Shown piece by piece: positions 36,272-45,690 of a DNA stretch of 64,000 nucleotides. Where the stretch lies: positions 1,309 through 65,308 of the forward strand of contig REED01000076.1 in the NCBI GenBank assembly GCA_007695225.1, written 5' to 3'. The notes under the pieces were generated by a model. The model was not told where the DNA came from. It did no database searches and was given only the letters and a program-made list of their open reading frames with translations. Source of the stretch: Gemmatimonadales bacterium. Its GTDB lineage: Bacteria; Gemmatimonadota; Gemmatimonadetes; Longimicrobiales; Gaopeijiaceae. Every line of letters begins with the position of its first letter. Positions within the stretch are counted from its first letter, which is position 1. The position numbers were made by a program, and so were the translations under genes.

Positions 36272-38109
36272 CGCCTCCGGTCCCGGCTGGCTCCGATGAA
36301 CTCTCCACGGACTCCGCTCCTCCGGGCTCGTTCCATCTCCTGGCTCGCGAAGCTGCCCAGCACGCCCAGCCACTCTCGGCCGTGGATCCGGAGGACCGGA
36401 GACCGGGAGGCCACGGGGCCCAGCGGGAAGGCCAGATCGGCGCGAATCACGGCCCCACTCCCTGCAGGGAAGCCGGCCCTCAGCCCAACGCCCAGGGTTC
36501 CCCGCCATCCGGAATCCAAGGCATAGGGGACATCGCCCGGAAAGGCACGACCGGCATCAGCGAAGAGGGTCAGGCCCAGGTCCAGGAACTCAGCTCCCGG
36601 GGCCGGGAGGACGATCCGGTCCTCCACCGAGAACACCATCTTCCGGGCACCGGCCCACTCTGTGTCTCCATAGCCTCGGACCCCGTCGGGTCCCCCAAGG
36701 GTGAGTTGGAAAGGGGCGTCGGTCCGCCATGCTCCCTGGGCCGTCGCCCGAAACACCAGCGTCTGGGGGAGCGGTCCAGTGAACTGCTGATATAGGAAGA
36801 TGTGGGTTTCTCCCAGCACATCCCGACTCGCAGCTACCGGTGCGTCCTCGCGTCGGCCCTCCAGGGAGAGGAAGAACTGTCCCACCGTCTGCTCCAGCCC
36901 GAAACCCCCGAAGAGATCGACCCGGGCAAAAGTATCCCCTGGTCCTTCCCCTCCCACCTGGCGACCCAGGGACAGGAGGGCCTCGCGACCGAAGGCCACG
37001 TCCTGGACCCCTGACAGGAGGTCCAGCCCCCTTCGCTCCTGGAATCGGATCCGGCGCATCCCCGCCAGGAGATTGATCCGGGTCGCTTCCCGCTCCCGGA
37101 GCTGCGCGGCCAGGGGGGAAGCCATCTCGGGTTCGGCGGGGATGAGGCTCCTGAAGTCCCCGTCCATGACCTGCTCCACCTGATCCAGTGAGCCGGGGCG
37201 GACCCATTCCCTGGAGATGCCTCCTCCCAGGAGGAGCAGGTGCCCCGGGACCCCGAAGCGTGCGGCTCCCGTGACTTCCACCAATCCGTTGTGGAGGGGG
37301 ACCACCAGATGGGACGCCGGCGCCTCAGCCGGGAGGATCCAGGTGAAGTAGTCCTCCCGCGTCCGGATCTGCTGCCGGAAGGCGAAATGGCCCAATTCGC
37401 CCTCGAAGGGGTGGATGAAGGCCTGTTTGAGGGAGGGGCCTACCCGGGTACGAGCACCAGAGGCCTCCAGATCCCAACCCGAGCCCCCCAGCCGAGGGAC
37501 CTCCACCCGGCCTCCCGCCTCCCGCTGCTCGTCACGGTCAGTGAGGAACACCCCCAACGCCGCGCCCCGCCCCAGGAAGTTCTCCTCCACCATGGACAGG
37601 CCGTCGAAACGGAGCCCGTCCTCCACCCGGACCCCAACGGATAGCTTGGTGGTCCAGTCGTCCCGGGTGTCCACCACCACGTGGCGAGAGCCGTCGGGCT
37701 GAGGCACCGAGAAGGCGTCCACCGAAGCCAGGAATCGGAACTCCCGGAGGATCCTGGCGCTTTCGCGAACCCGGGTCGGATCGTAGCAGTCTCCCGGTTT
37801 GAAAAGGAGCTGGCCTGCGATGAACTCCTGGCGGGTGCGGATGTGGACGGTGTTGGCAAGCTGATAGGCCCAGCGGATCCTGGTGTCCTGCGGCATGGAC
37901 GCAGGATCGAAGATGGAATGATTGTCGATGAATACATCAGAGATCCGGCCCTGGGGACAGGGCTCCGGATCGCGGCTCAGGGGCCCCTGGGCCGACAGCT
38001 CGCCCCAGGGGGAGAGAATCGACCCCGGTAGGACCGAAAGCACTGCCGACAGGAGAATGGCCTGTAGCCGGAGTGACCGCGCGGACGGAGAATGAGGGGA
38101 GGAACGCAT
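36265..38109 (-). CDS. Omp85/BamA/TamA-family outer-membrane protein (POTRA plus surface-antigen beta-barrel)
   Basis: Signal peptide (LQAILLSAVLSVLPG). POTRA-like segment (ISDVFIDNHSIFD...IRTRQEFIAGQLLFKPGDCYDPTRVRESARILRE). Barrel-entry motif VEENFLGRGAALG, followed by alternating beta-strand-like sequence. Confidence 0.75.
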   Translation of the reverse strand: MRSSPHSPSARSLRLQAILLSAVLSVLPGSILSPWGELSAQGPLSRDPEPCPQGRISDVFIDNHSIFDPASMPQDTRIRWAYQLANTVHIRTRQEFIAGQLLFKPGDCYDPTRVRESARILREFRFLASVDAFSVPQPDGSRHVVVDTRDDWTTKLSVGVRVEDGLRFDGLSMVEENFLGRGAALGVFLTDRDEQREAGGRVEVPRLGGSGWDLEASGARTRVGPSLKQAFIHPFEGELGHFAFRQQIRTREDYFTWILPAEAPASHLVVPLHNGLVEVTGAARFGVPGHLLLLGGGISREWVRPGSLDQVEQVMDGDFRSLIPAEPEMASPLAAQLREREATRINLLAGMRRIRFQERRGLDLLSGVQDVAFGREALLSLGRQVGGEGPGDTFARVDLFGGFGLEQTVGQFFLSLEGRREDAPVAASRDVLGETHIFLYQQFTGPLPQTLVFRATAQGAWRTDAPFQLTLGGPDGVRGYGDTEWAGARKMVFSVEDRIVLPAPGAEFLDLGLTLFADAGRAFPGDVPYALDSGWRGTLGVGLRAGFPAGSGAVIRADLAFPLGPVASRSPVLRIHGREWLGVLGSFASQEMERARRSGVRGEFIGASRDRRRW

Positions 38110-38244
38110 TCCTCCAGACTACCCCTTCTCCGGTGGCCTCGGTCCCCCATGCAGGAGGCGAAGTGCTGATTTGACACCTTCTCCTCCCCGGAATACCCTT
38201 CTTCCCTTCGGCTTCCCCACCCATCCTCCCCCAGGTTCCAACCC

Positions 38245-40512
38245 ATGAGCCGTCGCCGCCAGGCGGCCCTCGACTACCATTCCGAGGGTCGACCGGGGAA
38301 GATCGAAGTCATCCCCACCAAATCCGTTGCGACACAGAGCGAGCTGTCCCTGGCCTATTCCCCGGGAGTGGCGGAACCGTGCCGGGAAATCCACCGGGAT
38401 CCCGACGAGGCCTTCCGGTACACGGCCCGGGGAAACCTTGTGGCGGTGGTCTCCAACGGGACCGCAGTGCTGGGGCTCGGGAACATCGGGGCCCTGGCCT
38501 CGAAGCCGGTGATGGAAGGAAAGGCGGTGCTCTTCAAGCGTTTTGCCGGCATCGATGTCTTTGACATCGAGGTGAACACCGAGGACCCGGAGGAGCTGAT
38601 CCGCTTCTGCCAGCTCCTGGAGCCCACGGTGGGGGGAATCAACCTGGAGGACATCCGGGCCCCGGACTGTTTCCGTGTGGAAGAGGAGCTGAAGCGGACC
38701 CTTCAGATCCCCGTCTTCCATGACGACCAGCACGGGACCGCCATCATCGCGGGAGCGGCGCTCCTCAACGCCCTCGAGCTGGTGGGAAAGGAGTTGGCGG
38801 ACATCAAGGTCGTCTTCACTGGCGCAGGCGCCGCCGCCCTCTCCACCGCGGAGCACTTCGTTCGGCTGGGGGTGCTCCGGGAGCATATCTTCCAGGCGGA
38901 CATCCATGGCGTGATCTACCGCGGACGCACCGTGGACATGAATCCGTACAAGGCCCGGTTCGCCCAGGACACGCCCCACCGGACCGTAGCCGACGTGATG
39001 GTGGGAGCCGATGTGTTCGTGGGGCTTTCGGCCAAGGGGGCGGTGATGCCGGAGCATGTGGCCTCCATGGCGGAGAATCCCATCATCTTCGCACTGGCGA
39101 ATCCGGATCCGGAGATCCTTCCCCATGAAGTGGCCGCCATTCGTAGCGACGCCATCATGGCCACGGGACGCTCCGACTATCCCAATCAGGTGAACAACGT
39201 CCTGGGGTTCCCCTTTCTCTTCCGGGGCGCGCTGGACGTCCGGGCCCGGGAGATCAACGCCGATATGATGATGGCCGCCACCCGGGCCCTTGCCGATCTG
39301 GCACGGGCCGAGGTTCCCGAATCGGTTGCGGCAGCATACCGGGGAGAGGAGTTCCAGTTCGGGCGGGAATACCTCATTCCGAAGCCCTTCGACCCCCGGG
39401 TCCTCTTCTTCGTGGCTCCGGCCGTGGCCCGGGCCGCGATGGAGAGCGGGGCCGCTCGCAGGGAGATCGAACTGGAGGTCTATCGGGATCGCCTCATGGC
39501 TTCCCTGGGACCGGGGCGGGAGGTGCTGCGCTTCCTCACCGGCCGGGCCCGCAGGAATCCCCCGCGGCTGGTTCTGGCGGACGGCCAGAATGACAAGGTG
39601 ATCCGGGCCGCCGCCCAGATCGTGGAGGAAGGCGTGGCCCGACCGATCCTGGTGGGAAAGCCCCACAAGATCGAGCCCAGGGCCGAGGCGCTGGGGGTGG
39701 ATCTCACCGGGGTGGAGATCGTCCACCCGACGCTGGAAGAGGTCCAGCGATACGCCTATGCCGATGACCTGCATCGTCGGCGCCACCGGAAGGGGCTCAC
39801 TCTGGCGGAGGCCCGGTCCAACCTCTACAAGCCCATCTACTTCGCCTCCATGATGGTTCGGAGCGGAGATGCCGATGCGCTCCTGGCCGGGGTGGAATCG
39901 AATTACCCCGAGGTCCTCCGGCCTGCCCTGGAGGTCATCGGGACGGCTCCCGGCGTCTCCAGGGTCACCGGCCTCTACATGGTGGCTCTCCGGAATCGGG
40001 AGCCGCTCTTCTTCGCCGATACCACGGTGAACATCGACCCGTCGGCGGAGACCCTGGCGGAGTCGGCCATCCTGTCGGCGCGGTTCGTGGAGGATCTCGG
40101 GATTACGCCTCGCATCGCCATGCTCTCCTTCTCGAACTTCGGTTCCGCCCGGCACCCCTCATCGGTCAAGGTGCGGCGCGCGGTGGAGCGGGTGAAGGAG
40201 CTGGCGCCGGAACTCGAGGTGGATGGCGAGATGCAGGCTGACACGGCGGTGAACGCCGAAATCCTCCTCGGTACGTATGGGTTCAGTGACCTGAAGCAGC
40301 CGGCGAACATCCTCATCTTTCCCAGCCTTGCGGCGGCAAACATCTCCTACAAGCTGTTGGCGCAACTCGGGGGTGCCGAGGTCATCGGACCCATCCTGCT
40401 GGGGATGGCCGACCCGGTGCACATCCTTCAGAGGGGGAGTACTGCGCAGGACGTGGTGAACCTTGCCACCATCGCGTCGGTAGACGCACAGCGTCGTTCC
40501 CCCCAAACTTGA
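38245..40512 (+). CDS. maeB: NADP-dependent malic enzyme (malic enzyme plus PTA-like C-terminal domain)
   Basis: 755 aa. N-terminus [28 protein letters not shown], the Rossmann motif FTGAGAAA, and a C-terminal phosphate-acetyltransferase-like domain (about 330 aa). Confidence 0.93.
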   Translation: MSRRRQAALDYHSEGRPGKIEVIPTKSVATQSELSLAYSPGVAEPCREIHRDPDEAFRYTARGNLVAVVSNGTAVLGLGNIGALASKPVMEGKAVLFKRFAGIDVFDIEVNTEDPEELIRFCQLLEPTVGGINLEDIRAPDCFRVEEELKRTLQIPVFHDDQHGTAIIAGAALLNALELVGKELADIKVVFTGAGAAALSTAEHFVRLGVLREHIFQADIHGVIYRGRTVDMNPYKARFAQDTPHRTVADVMVGADVFVGLSAKGAVMPEHVASMAENPIIFALANPDPEILPHEVAAIRSDAIMATGRSDYPNQVNNVLGFPFLFRGALDVRAREINADMMMAATRALADLARAEVPESVAAAYRGEEFQFGREYLIPKPFDPRVLFFVAPAVARAAMESGAARREIELEVYRDRLMASLGPGREVLRFLTGRARRNPPRLVLADGQNDKVIRAAAQIVEEGVARPILVGKPHKIEPRAEALGVDLTGVEIVHPTLEEVQRYAYADDLHRRRHRKGLTLAEARSNLYKPIYFASMMVRSGDADALLAGVESNYPEVLRPALEVIGTAPGVSRVTGLYMVALRNREPLFFADTTVNIDPSAETLAESAILSARFVEDLGITPRIAMLSFSNFGSARHPSSVKVRRAVERVKELAPELEVDGEMQADTAVNAEILLGTYGFSDLKQPANILIFPSLAAANISYKLLAQLGGAEVIGPILLGMADPVHILQRGSTAQDVVNLATIASVDAQRRSPQT

Positions 40513-40598
40513 CGGTCTGGGATGGGAAAACCTCGGGGTCAGCGGGGTCAGGTGACGTCCCGGTGCGGAAATCCTTCTAAATCTTCGGAGCAAGCAAG

Positions 40599-42218
40599 AT
40601 GGCGATAAAGGCGATTGAGGTGCGGAGTGGCGCGGGCGTGGCCAGTGGGAATGGCCTGGACATCCACGGCCTGGACCCTTCCCAGTCCGTGCACTGGAAT
40701 CTCTCGCCGGCGCAACTCTATGAAGAGGCCCTCCACCGGGGGGAGGGCGAGCTGGCCCACATGGGTGGCTTCTCCGCCAACACGGTGCCCCACACCGGCC
40801 GTTCCCCCAACGACAAGTACACCGTTCGGGACGCAACCACCGAGGAGGATGTGGACTGGGGGAAGGTCAACGTCCCCATTTCCCAGGCCCACTTTGAGGT
40901 GCTGCGGGCCGACGTGGTGGCCTACCTCAACGCACGGGAACTCTTCGTCCGGGATGCACGAGCCGGAGAGGATCCCGAAGCCGGGATCAACGTCCGCGTG
41001 GTGACTCCGAGCGCATGGCACAACCTCTTTGCCTACAACATGTTCCTCCGTCCCTCCAAGGAGGAACTGGCGACCATGTACCCCGACTTCACCATCCTCC
41101 ATGCTCCGGGGCTGGATGCGAAGCCGGCGCGGCACGGGACCCGTTCCACCACTTTCGTGGTGGTGAACTTCGCCGCCCGGGAGGTCCTTGTCGGGGGCAC
41201 CCGCTACGCCGGAGAGATCAAGAAATCCGTCTTCTCGGTGCTCAACTTCCTCCTTCCGGGGAAGGGGATCCTGCCCATGCACTGTTCGGCCAACGTGGGC
41301 CCCGACGACGACGTGGCCCTCTTCTTCGGTCTCTCCGGGACGGGGAAGACCACCCTCTCCGCCGACCCCGACCGGGGACTCATCGGGGACGACGAGCATG
41401 GGTGGGGCGACGACGGGGTCTTCAACTTCGAGGGCGGTTGCTACGCCAAGGTGATCAACCTCTCTCCCGAGGCCGAGCCCGAGATCTTCCAGGCCACCCA
41501 GATGTTCGGGACCATCCTGGAGAACGTTTCGCTGGATCCCGATGACCGGGCCATCGAATTCTCGAGTGACCGGATCACGGAGAACACCCGGGCCTCATAC
41601 CCGATTCATTACATCCCCAATGCCGTTCTCCCGGGCCGGGGCTCCCATCCCCGAAACGTCATCTTCCTCACCTGTGATGCCTTCGGAGTGCTCCCGCCCA
41701 TTGCCGTCCTGACGCCGGAGCAGGCCATGTACCATTTCCTCTCGGGGTATACTGCGAAGGTTGCGGGGACCGAGCGGGGGGTGACGGAGCCGAAGGCCGC
41801 CTTTTCCTCCTGCTTCGGAGCCCCCTTCCTCCCCCGGCACCCCGGAGTGTACGCAAAGATGCTGGGGGAGAAGATCAAGGAGCATGATGCCCGGGTCTGG
41901 CTCGTGAACACGGGGTGGTCCGGGGGCGGGTACGGTGTGGGGTCGAGGATCAAGCTGGCCCACACCCGGGCCATGGTAGGAGCGGCCTTGGCTGGGACGC
42001 TGGACGGCGTGGAGACCCGTGAGGATCCCCGTTTCGGTCTTCGGATTCCGGTGGCGGTCCCCAATGTCCCCGACACCCTCCTGACTCCGCGGGATACCTG
42101 GGAGAATGGTGCGGCCTATGACCGGGCTGCAGAGAAGCTCGCCGAGATGTTCCGGGAAAACTTCGAGCAGTATGCCGACCAGGTTTCAGAAGAGGTGAAG
42201 AACGCCGGTCCCCGCTGA
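40599..42218 (+). CDS. pckA: phosphoenolpyruvate carboxykinase (ATP)
   Basis: 539 aa. Kinase-1a loop FFGLSGTGKTTLS, plus IGDDEHGW and FEGGCYAK. Confidence 0.95.
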   Translation: MAIKAIEVRSGAGVASGNGLDIHGLDPSQSVHWNLSPAQLYEEALHRGEGELAHMGGFSANTVPHTGRSPNDKYTVRDATTEEDVDWGKVNVPISQAHFEVLRADVVAYLNARELFVRDARAGEDPEAGINVRVVTPSAWHNLFAYNMFLRPSKEELATMYPDFTILHAPGLDAKPARHGTRSTTFVVVNFAAREVLVGGTRYAGEIKKSVFSVLNFLLPGKGILPMHCSANVGPDDDVALFFGLSGTGKTTLSADPDRGLIGDDEHGWGDDGVFNFEGGCYAKVINLSPEAEPEIFQATQMFGTILENVSLDPDDRAIEFSSDRITENTRASYPIHYIPNAVLPGRGSHPRNVIFLTCDAFGVLPPIAVLTPEQAMYHFLSGYTAKVAGTERGVTEPKAAFSSCFGAPFLPRHPGVYAKMLGEKIKEHDARVWLVNTGWSGGGYGVGSRIKLAHTRAMVGAALAGTLDGVETREDPRFGLRIPVAVPNVPDTLLTPRDTWENGAAYDRAAEKLAEMFRENFEQYADQVSEEVKNAGPR

Positions 42219-42321
42219 CCCCCGACGGTTCTTGGCGGGCCTTGCCCCCCGCGCCCCGGCTCGCAGCGTCGGACTTCGTCGCTTCGCGGAGGGCGCTTCG
42301 CATCGACCAGGAGTCTTCCAC

Positions 42322-43830
42322 ATGATCCGATGGAGCCGCCGGACGAGTAGAGATCTCCCCCCTCGGGAACCGTTGGACCCGCACCAGGCGGGGTTGGAGG
42401 GGCGGGCGAAGGGACGTCTCCTGAGCACGGCCCTTGGGACGACCCTTGCGGTGGCCCTGGGGTTCGGGACGGTTCCGGGAACCGGGATCTTCGCTCCGGG
42501 GGAACTGGAAGCGCAGGCCCCCCGGGTGGTGCCCTCCGACGCCCAGGCGCCGGCCCGCTATCACACCTTCCCCGACCTGAGGGGACAGGCCGGGGAACAG
42601 CAGGCCTGGCTCGAGGCCCGGCTGGACCGGGTTCTCCCGGAGCTGATGAGGGAATACGACGTCCACATGTGGGTGGTCTCCCAGCGGGAGTACGCCGAGG
42701 ACCCGGTGTTCTTCTCCATCACCTCTCCCACCACATTCGCCGCTCGCCGGCGCTCCATCTACATCTTCTTTGATCGGGGACCCGAGGAGGGGGTGGAGCG
42801 GATCGCCCTGGGGGGAACGGCCCAGGGTGGGGTCTACGAGATGTATCGCTCCTCCCGCCCTGCCCCCACCGGGGGGGATGCGGAACTCTGGGGGGATGAA
42901 CAGTGGCGTCTCTTCCGGGAGATGGTAGAGGATCGGGAGCCCCGGAACATCGTCCTCAACATCGATGAGGAGCATGCCTTCGCCGACGGCCTCCACAGCG
43001 GGGAGCGTGAGGCACTGGAGCGGGCGCTGGGCCCCTGGGTGGAACGGGTGAAACGGGAGCCTCGGCTGGCCATCAACTACATCGCCCTCCGGATTCCGGA
43101 AATGATGCCCCGCTACCGGGAGATGATGGAGACGGTCCACGCCATGATCTCCGAGGGCTTCTCCGGGGCCGTCATCACCCCGGGGGAGACCACCACGGAG
43201 GACGTGGTCTGGTGGTTCCGGGAGAAGATCCGTTCCATGGGGATGAACACCTGGTTCCAGCCCTCGGTAGCCGTACAGCGGGCCGGGGAGGTACCCACCG
43301 ACGGCCCGGTGGTGATCCAGCGAGGGGATCTCATCTGGACCGACGTGGGGATCGACTTCATGGGGCTGACCACCGACACCCAGCATCACGGATATGTACT
43401 GAGGGAGGGGGAAACCGAGCCCCCCCACGGACTCCAATTCTGCCTGGCGACCTCGAACCGCCTGCAGGACATCCTCCTGGAGCACATGGAACCGGGGCTC
43501 ACCGGGAATGAAATCCTGGCCAACGCCCTGGCGCAGATGCGGAGCGAGGGGATCGACGGCACCATCTACACCCATCCCATCGGGGACCACGGACACGGCG
43601 CCGGGCCGCTCATCGGACGCTGGGACGCCCAGGAGGGCGTGCCGGTGCGGGGGGATGTGGTGCTCCGGCCCTCCACCTGGCACTCCATCGAGCTTCAGTC
43701 CACCGTCCCCGTTCCCGAATGGGGGGACAAGATGGTCCGCTGCCAGCAGGAGGAGGAGGCGTATCTGGATGAGGCAGGAGAAAGGCACTGGGTCTTCCGC
43801 CGCCAGGAGCGGCTGCACCTGATCTGGTGA
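42322..43830 (+). CDS. M24-family metallopeptidase-like protein (creatinase/prolidase fold), probably exported
   Basis: The C-terminal pita-bread-like segments are GDLIWTDVGIDFMGLTTDTQHHGYV and IYTHPIGDHGHGAGPLIG. A hydrophobic signal-like stretch LSTALGTTLAVALGF follows the N-terminus. The ATG at 42322 has AGGAG 10 nt upstream. Family assignment is from pattern only. Confidence 0.6.
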   Translation: MIRWSRRTSRDLPPREPLDPHQAGLEGRAKGRLLSTALGTTLAVALGFGTVPGTGIFAPGELEAQAPRVVPSDAQAPARYHTFPDLRGQAGEQQAWLEARLDRVLPELMREYDVHMWVVSQREYAEDPVFFSITSPTTFAARRRSIYIFFDRGPEEGVERIALGGTAQGGVYEMYRSSRPAPTGGDAELWGDEQWRLFREMVEDREPRNIVLNIDEEHAFADGLHSGEREALERALGPWVERVKREPRLAINYIALRIPEMMPRYREMMETVHAMISEGFSGAVITPGETTTEDVVWWFREKIRSMGMNTWFQPSVAVQRAGEVPTDGPVVIQRGDLIWTDVGIDFMGLTTDTQHHGYVLREGETEPPHGLQFCLATSNRLQDILLEHMEPGLTGNEILANALAQMRSEGIDGTIYTHPIGDHGHGAGPLIGRWDAQEGVPVRGDVVLRPSTWHSIELQSTVPVPEWGDKMVRCQQEEEAYLDEAGERHWVFRRQERLHLIW

Positions 43831-43936
43831 TCGGAGCAGAAACGGCGGCGAAAGCATCGGTGAGGGGCTGCAACGAGGATCCAGGGCCGTACCCCCCTCT
43901 CCCTGAGGGTTGGGGCAGCAGGGAGCCCTCTCGGTG

Positions 43937-43971
43937 GTTGGCGCCCTCTACTTCTTCAATGGTCTTCTGGG
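43937..43971 (+). repeat. 35-nt copy of part of the tatA-upstream repeat unit
   Basis: GTTGGCGCCCTCTACTTCTTCAATGGTCTTCTGGG matches the minus-strand sequence of 19836-19802 (GGTGGCGCCCTGTACTTCTTCAACAGCCTTCTAGG) at 29 of 35 ungapped positions. The match includes exact TGGCGCCCT and TACTTCTTCAA blocks. Confidence 0.7.
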
Positions 43972-43974
43972 AGT

Positions 43975-44445
43975 ATGGGAATGGCGAAGAAGCGTTACTG
44001 GTTGGTGAAGAGCGAAGAGGATGTCTACCCCATCGACACCCTGGAGGCGGACGAAACCACCCCCTGGGACGGGGTGCGAAACTATGAGGCCCGGAACCTC
44101 ATGCGGGACGAGATGAAGAAGGGAGATCTCGTCCTCTACTACCATTCCAACGCCAATCCCCCCGGGGTGGTGGGGGTCGCCCGGGTTGCGTCGTCGCCCT
44201 ATCCCGACCCCCTTCAGTTTGATCCGGAAAGCCGGTACCACGACCCCAAGTCCTCCGAGGAGGACCCCCGCTGGATCCTGGTGGACCTGGCGTTCGAGGA
44301 GAAGTTCCACCGGAAGGTGTCGCTCCAGGAGATCAAGGAGCACCCGGAACTCCAGGACATGGTCCTGGTCAACCGGATGCGCCTTTCGGTCCAGCCCGTC
44401 AGGGAGAAGGAATTCGAGGTCATCGTCGGGATGGGATGTCGCTGA
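43975..44445 (+). CDS. EVE (PUA-like, DUF55) domain protein
   Basis: MAKKRYWLVKSEEDVYPIDTL...WDGVRNYEARNLMRDEMKKGDLVLYYHSN...GVVGVARV is the classic EVE/thymocyte-nuclear-protein-1-like pattern. A second ATG is at 43981. Confidence 0.85.
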   Translation: MGMAKKRYWLVKSEEDVYPIDTLEADETTPWDGVRNYEARNLMRDEMKKGDLVLYYHSNANPPGVVGVARVASSPYPDPLQFDPESRYHDPKSSEEDPRWILVDLAFEEKFHRKVSLQEIKEHPELQDMVLVNRMRLSVQPVREKEFEVIVGMGCR

Positions 44446-45562
44446 GCTCCTTGGTGGGCGTTTCGCCTGCCTCCTCCCCCAGCGCTTCCAGGTAGGTCTC
44501 CACCGGAATCCCCCGGGATCGTTCTCCGGGATGGGTCCGGAACCACCGGGCCACGAGGAAGAGTTCCTCCCGTTGGGGCTCGGCAAGGGATTCGGGTGGG
44601 GTGGGTTTCCGCTCGGCGGCGGAACGGAGGGCCTGGGCCATCCGGGCACGGGCACCGAGATCTCCCCTGGGGGGCTCGTCCAGGGTGAGCTGGACCCGGC
44701 CTCCCTGGAGGAGGTATACCCGGGCGCCCTCCGGGGCTCCCGCGACAGGGTAAACGAAGGAAAGGGCCTCCCGCTCCCTTTCGGCCTCCACGACCCGGTC
44801 CCGAAGGGCCCGGAGGCGGGCCTCCCGGTCACGGAGTCGAGCGGCGACCTCGAATCCCCGGGATTGAACGGCGGCATCCATCCGGTATTGGAGTCGTTCC
44901 AGGGGGGCGTCGCTCTGTCCTTCCAGGAAGGCCGTGACCTCCTCTACCCCGCGCAGGTACTCCTCCCGGGTGCATGCTGACGCGCAGGGTGCCGGGCAAC
45001 TTCCCAGTTCCGCCCGGGGGCATCCGGGCGACCGGGGAACGGACAGCAGGTCGAACTGGTCCGCGAAGGTGATGGGGGTTCTCGCGGGGCAGTCTCGAAG
45101 ACCCACCACCGCAGCCAGTTCCCTTAGGACGTGGGGCAGAGACCGGGTAGCAGGGAAGGGACCGAAAAAACGGGAGCCGTCGGGTCGTGGGGTCCGAGTG
45201 GCCACGATCCGCGGGGCCGCCTCGCAGGTGACACGGATCCAGGCGAAGCGACGGTAGCGCCGGTGCTGGACGTTGAACCGGGGCCGGAACGCCCGAATGA
45301 GTCGGAACTCCCGGAGGATGGCCTCGAATTCGTTGGGGACGTACTCCCATTCCACCCCGGAAGCGACCCGGAGCAGTTCCCTGGCCTTCCCTTCCCTGGC
45401 CCGGAAGTAGGAGAGGAGCCGGGTCCGGATCCGGATGGACTTTCCCACATAGAGGATTTCCCGTCGGGGTCCGAGGAAGCGATAGATCCCTGGGCGATTC
45501 TCCGCCTCTGCCTGGATCCGGAGTCGAAGGCCGGACCGGCCTTCGCTTTTTGTTCGGCTCAT
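44420..45562 (-). CDS. UvrC-homologous GIY-YIG nuclease lacking the C-terminal endonuclease/HhH half (Cho-type)
   Basis: GIY-YIG motif GIYRFLGPRREILYVGKS...R...E..LI. A Cys-rich segment CPRAELGSCPAPCASAC. A UVR-motif helix GFEVAARLRDREARLRAL. At 380 aa it has no RNase-H-like or HhH region. Its 3' end overlaps the EVE gene by 26 nt (convergent). Confidence 0.75.
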   Translation of the reverse strand: MSRTKSEGRSGLRLRIQAEAENRPGIYRFLGPRREILYVGKSIRIRTRLLSYFRAREGKARELLRVASGVEWEYVPNEFEAILREFRLIRAFRPRFNVQHRRYRRFAWIRVTCEAAPRIVATRTPRPDGSRFFGPFPATRSLPHVLRELAAVVGLRDCPARTPITFADQFDLLSVPRSPGCPRAELGSCPAPCASACTREEYLRGVEEVTAFLEGQSDAPLERLQYRMDAAVQSRGFEVAARLRDREARLRALRDRVVEAEREREALSFVYPVAGAPEGARVYLLQGGRVQLTLDEPPRGDLGARARMAQALRSAAERKPTPPESLAEPQREELFLVARWFRTHPGERSRGIPVETYLEALGEEAGETPTKELSDIPSRR

Positions 45563-45690
45563 ACTTCAGGGTACTGTGCTCCGGATTATGCCACAAGGGG
45601 GTCGGCCGCGTCCCTTCCCAAGCGCCTGAGTGACCTGATCAGGGCTCCTTTGCGCATTGCTCCGCCCGTCCGGCTGGGGTAGACTCGGTC

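Noticed and set aside
38245-42218. The maeB-pckA adjacency as something unusual.
   Set aside because: Both are ordinary anaplerotic/gluconeogenic genes. Their proximity is unremarkable, and an 86-bp gap suggests separate or simple co-transcription.
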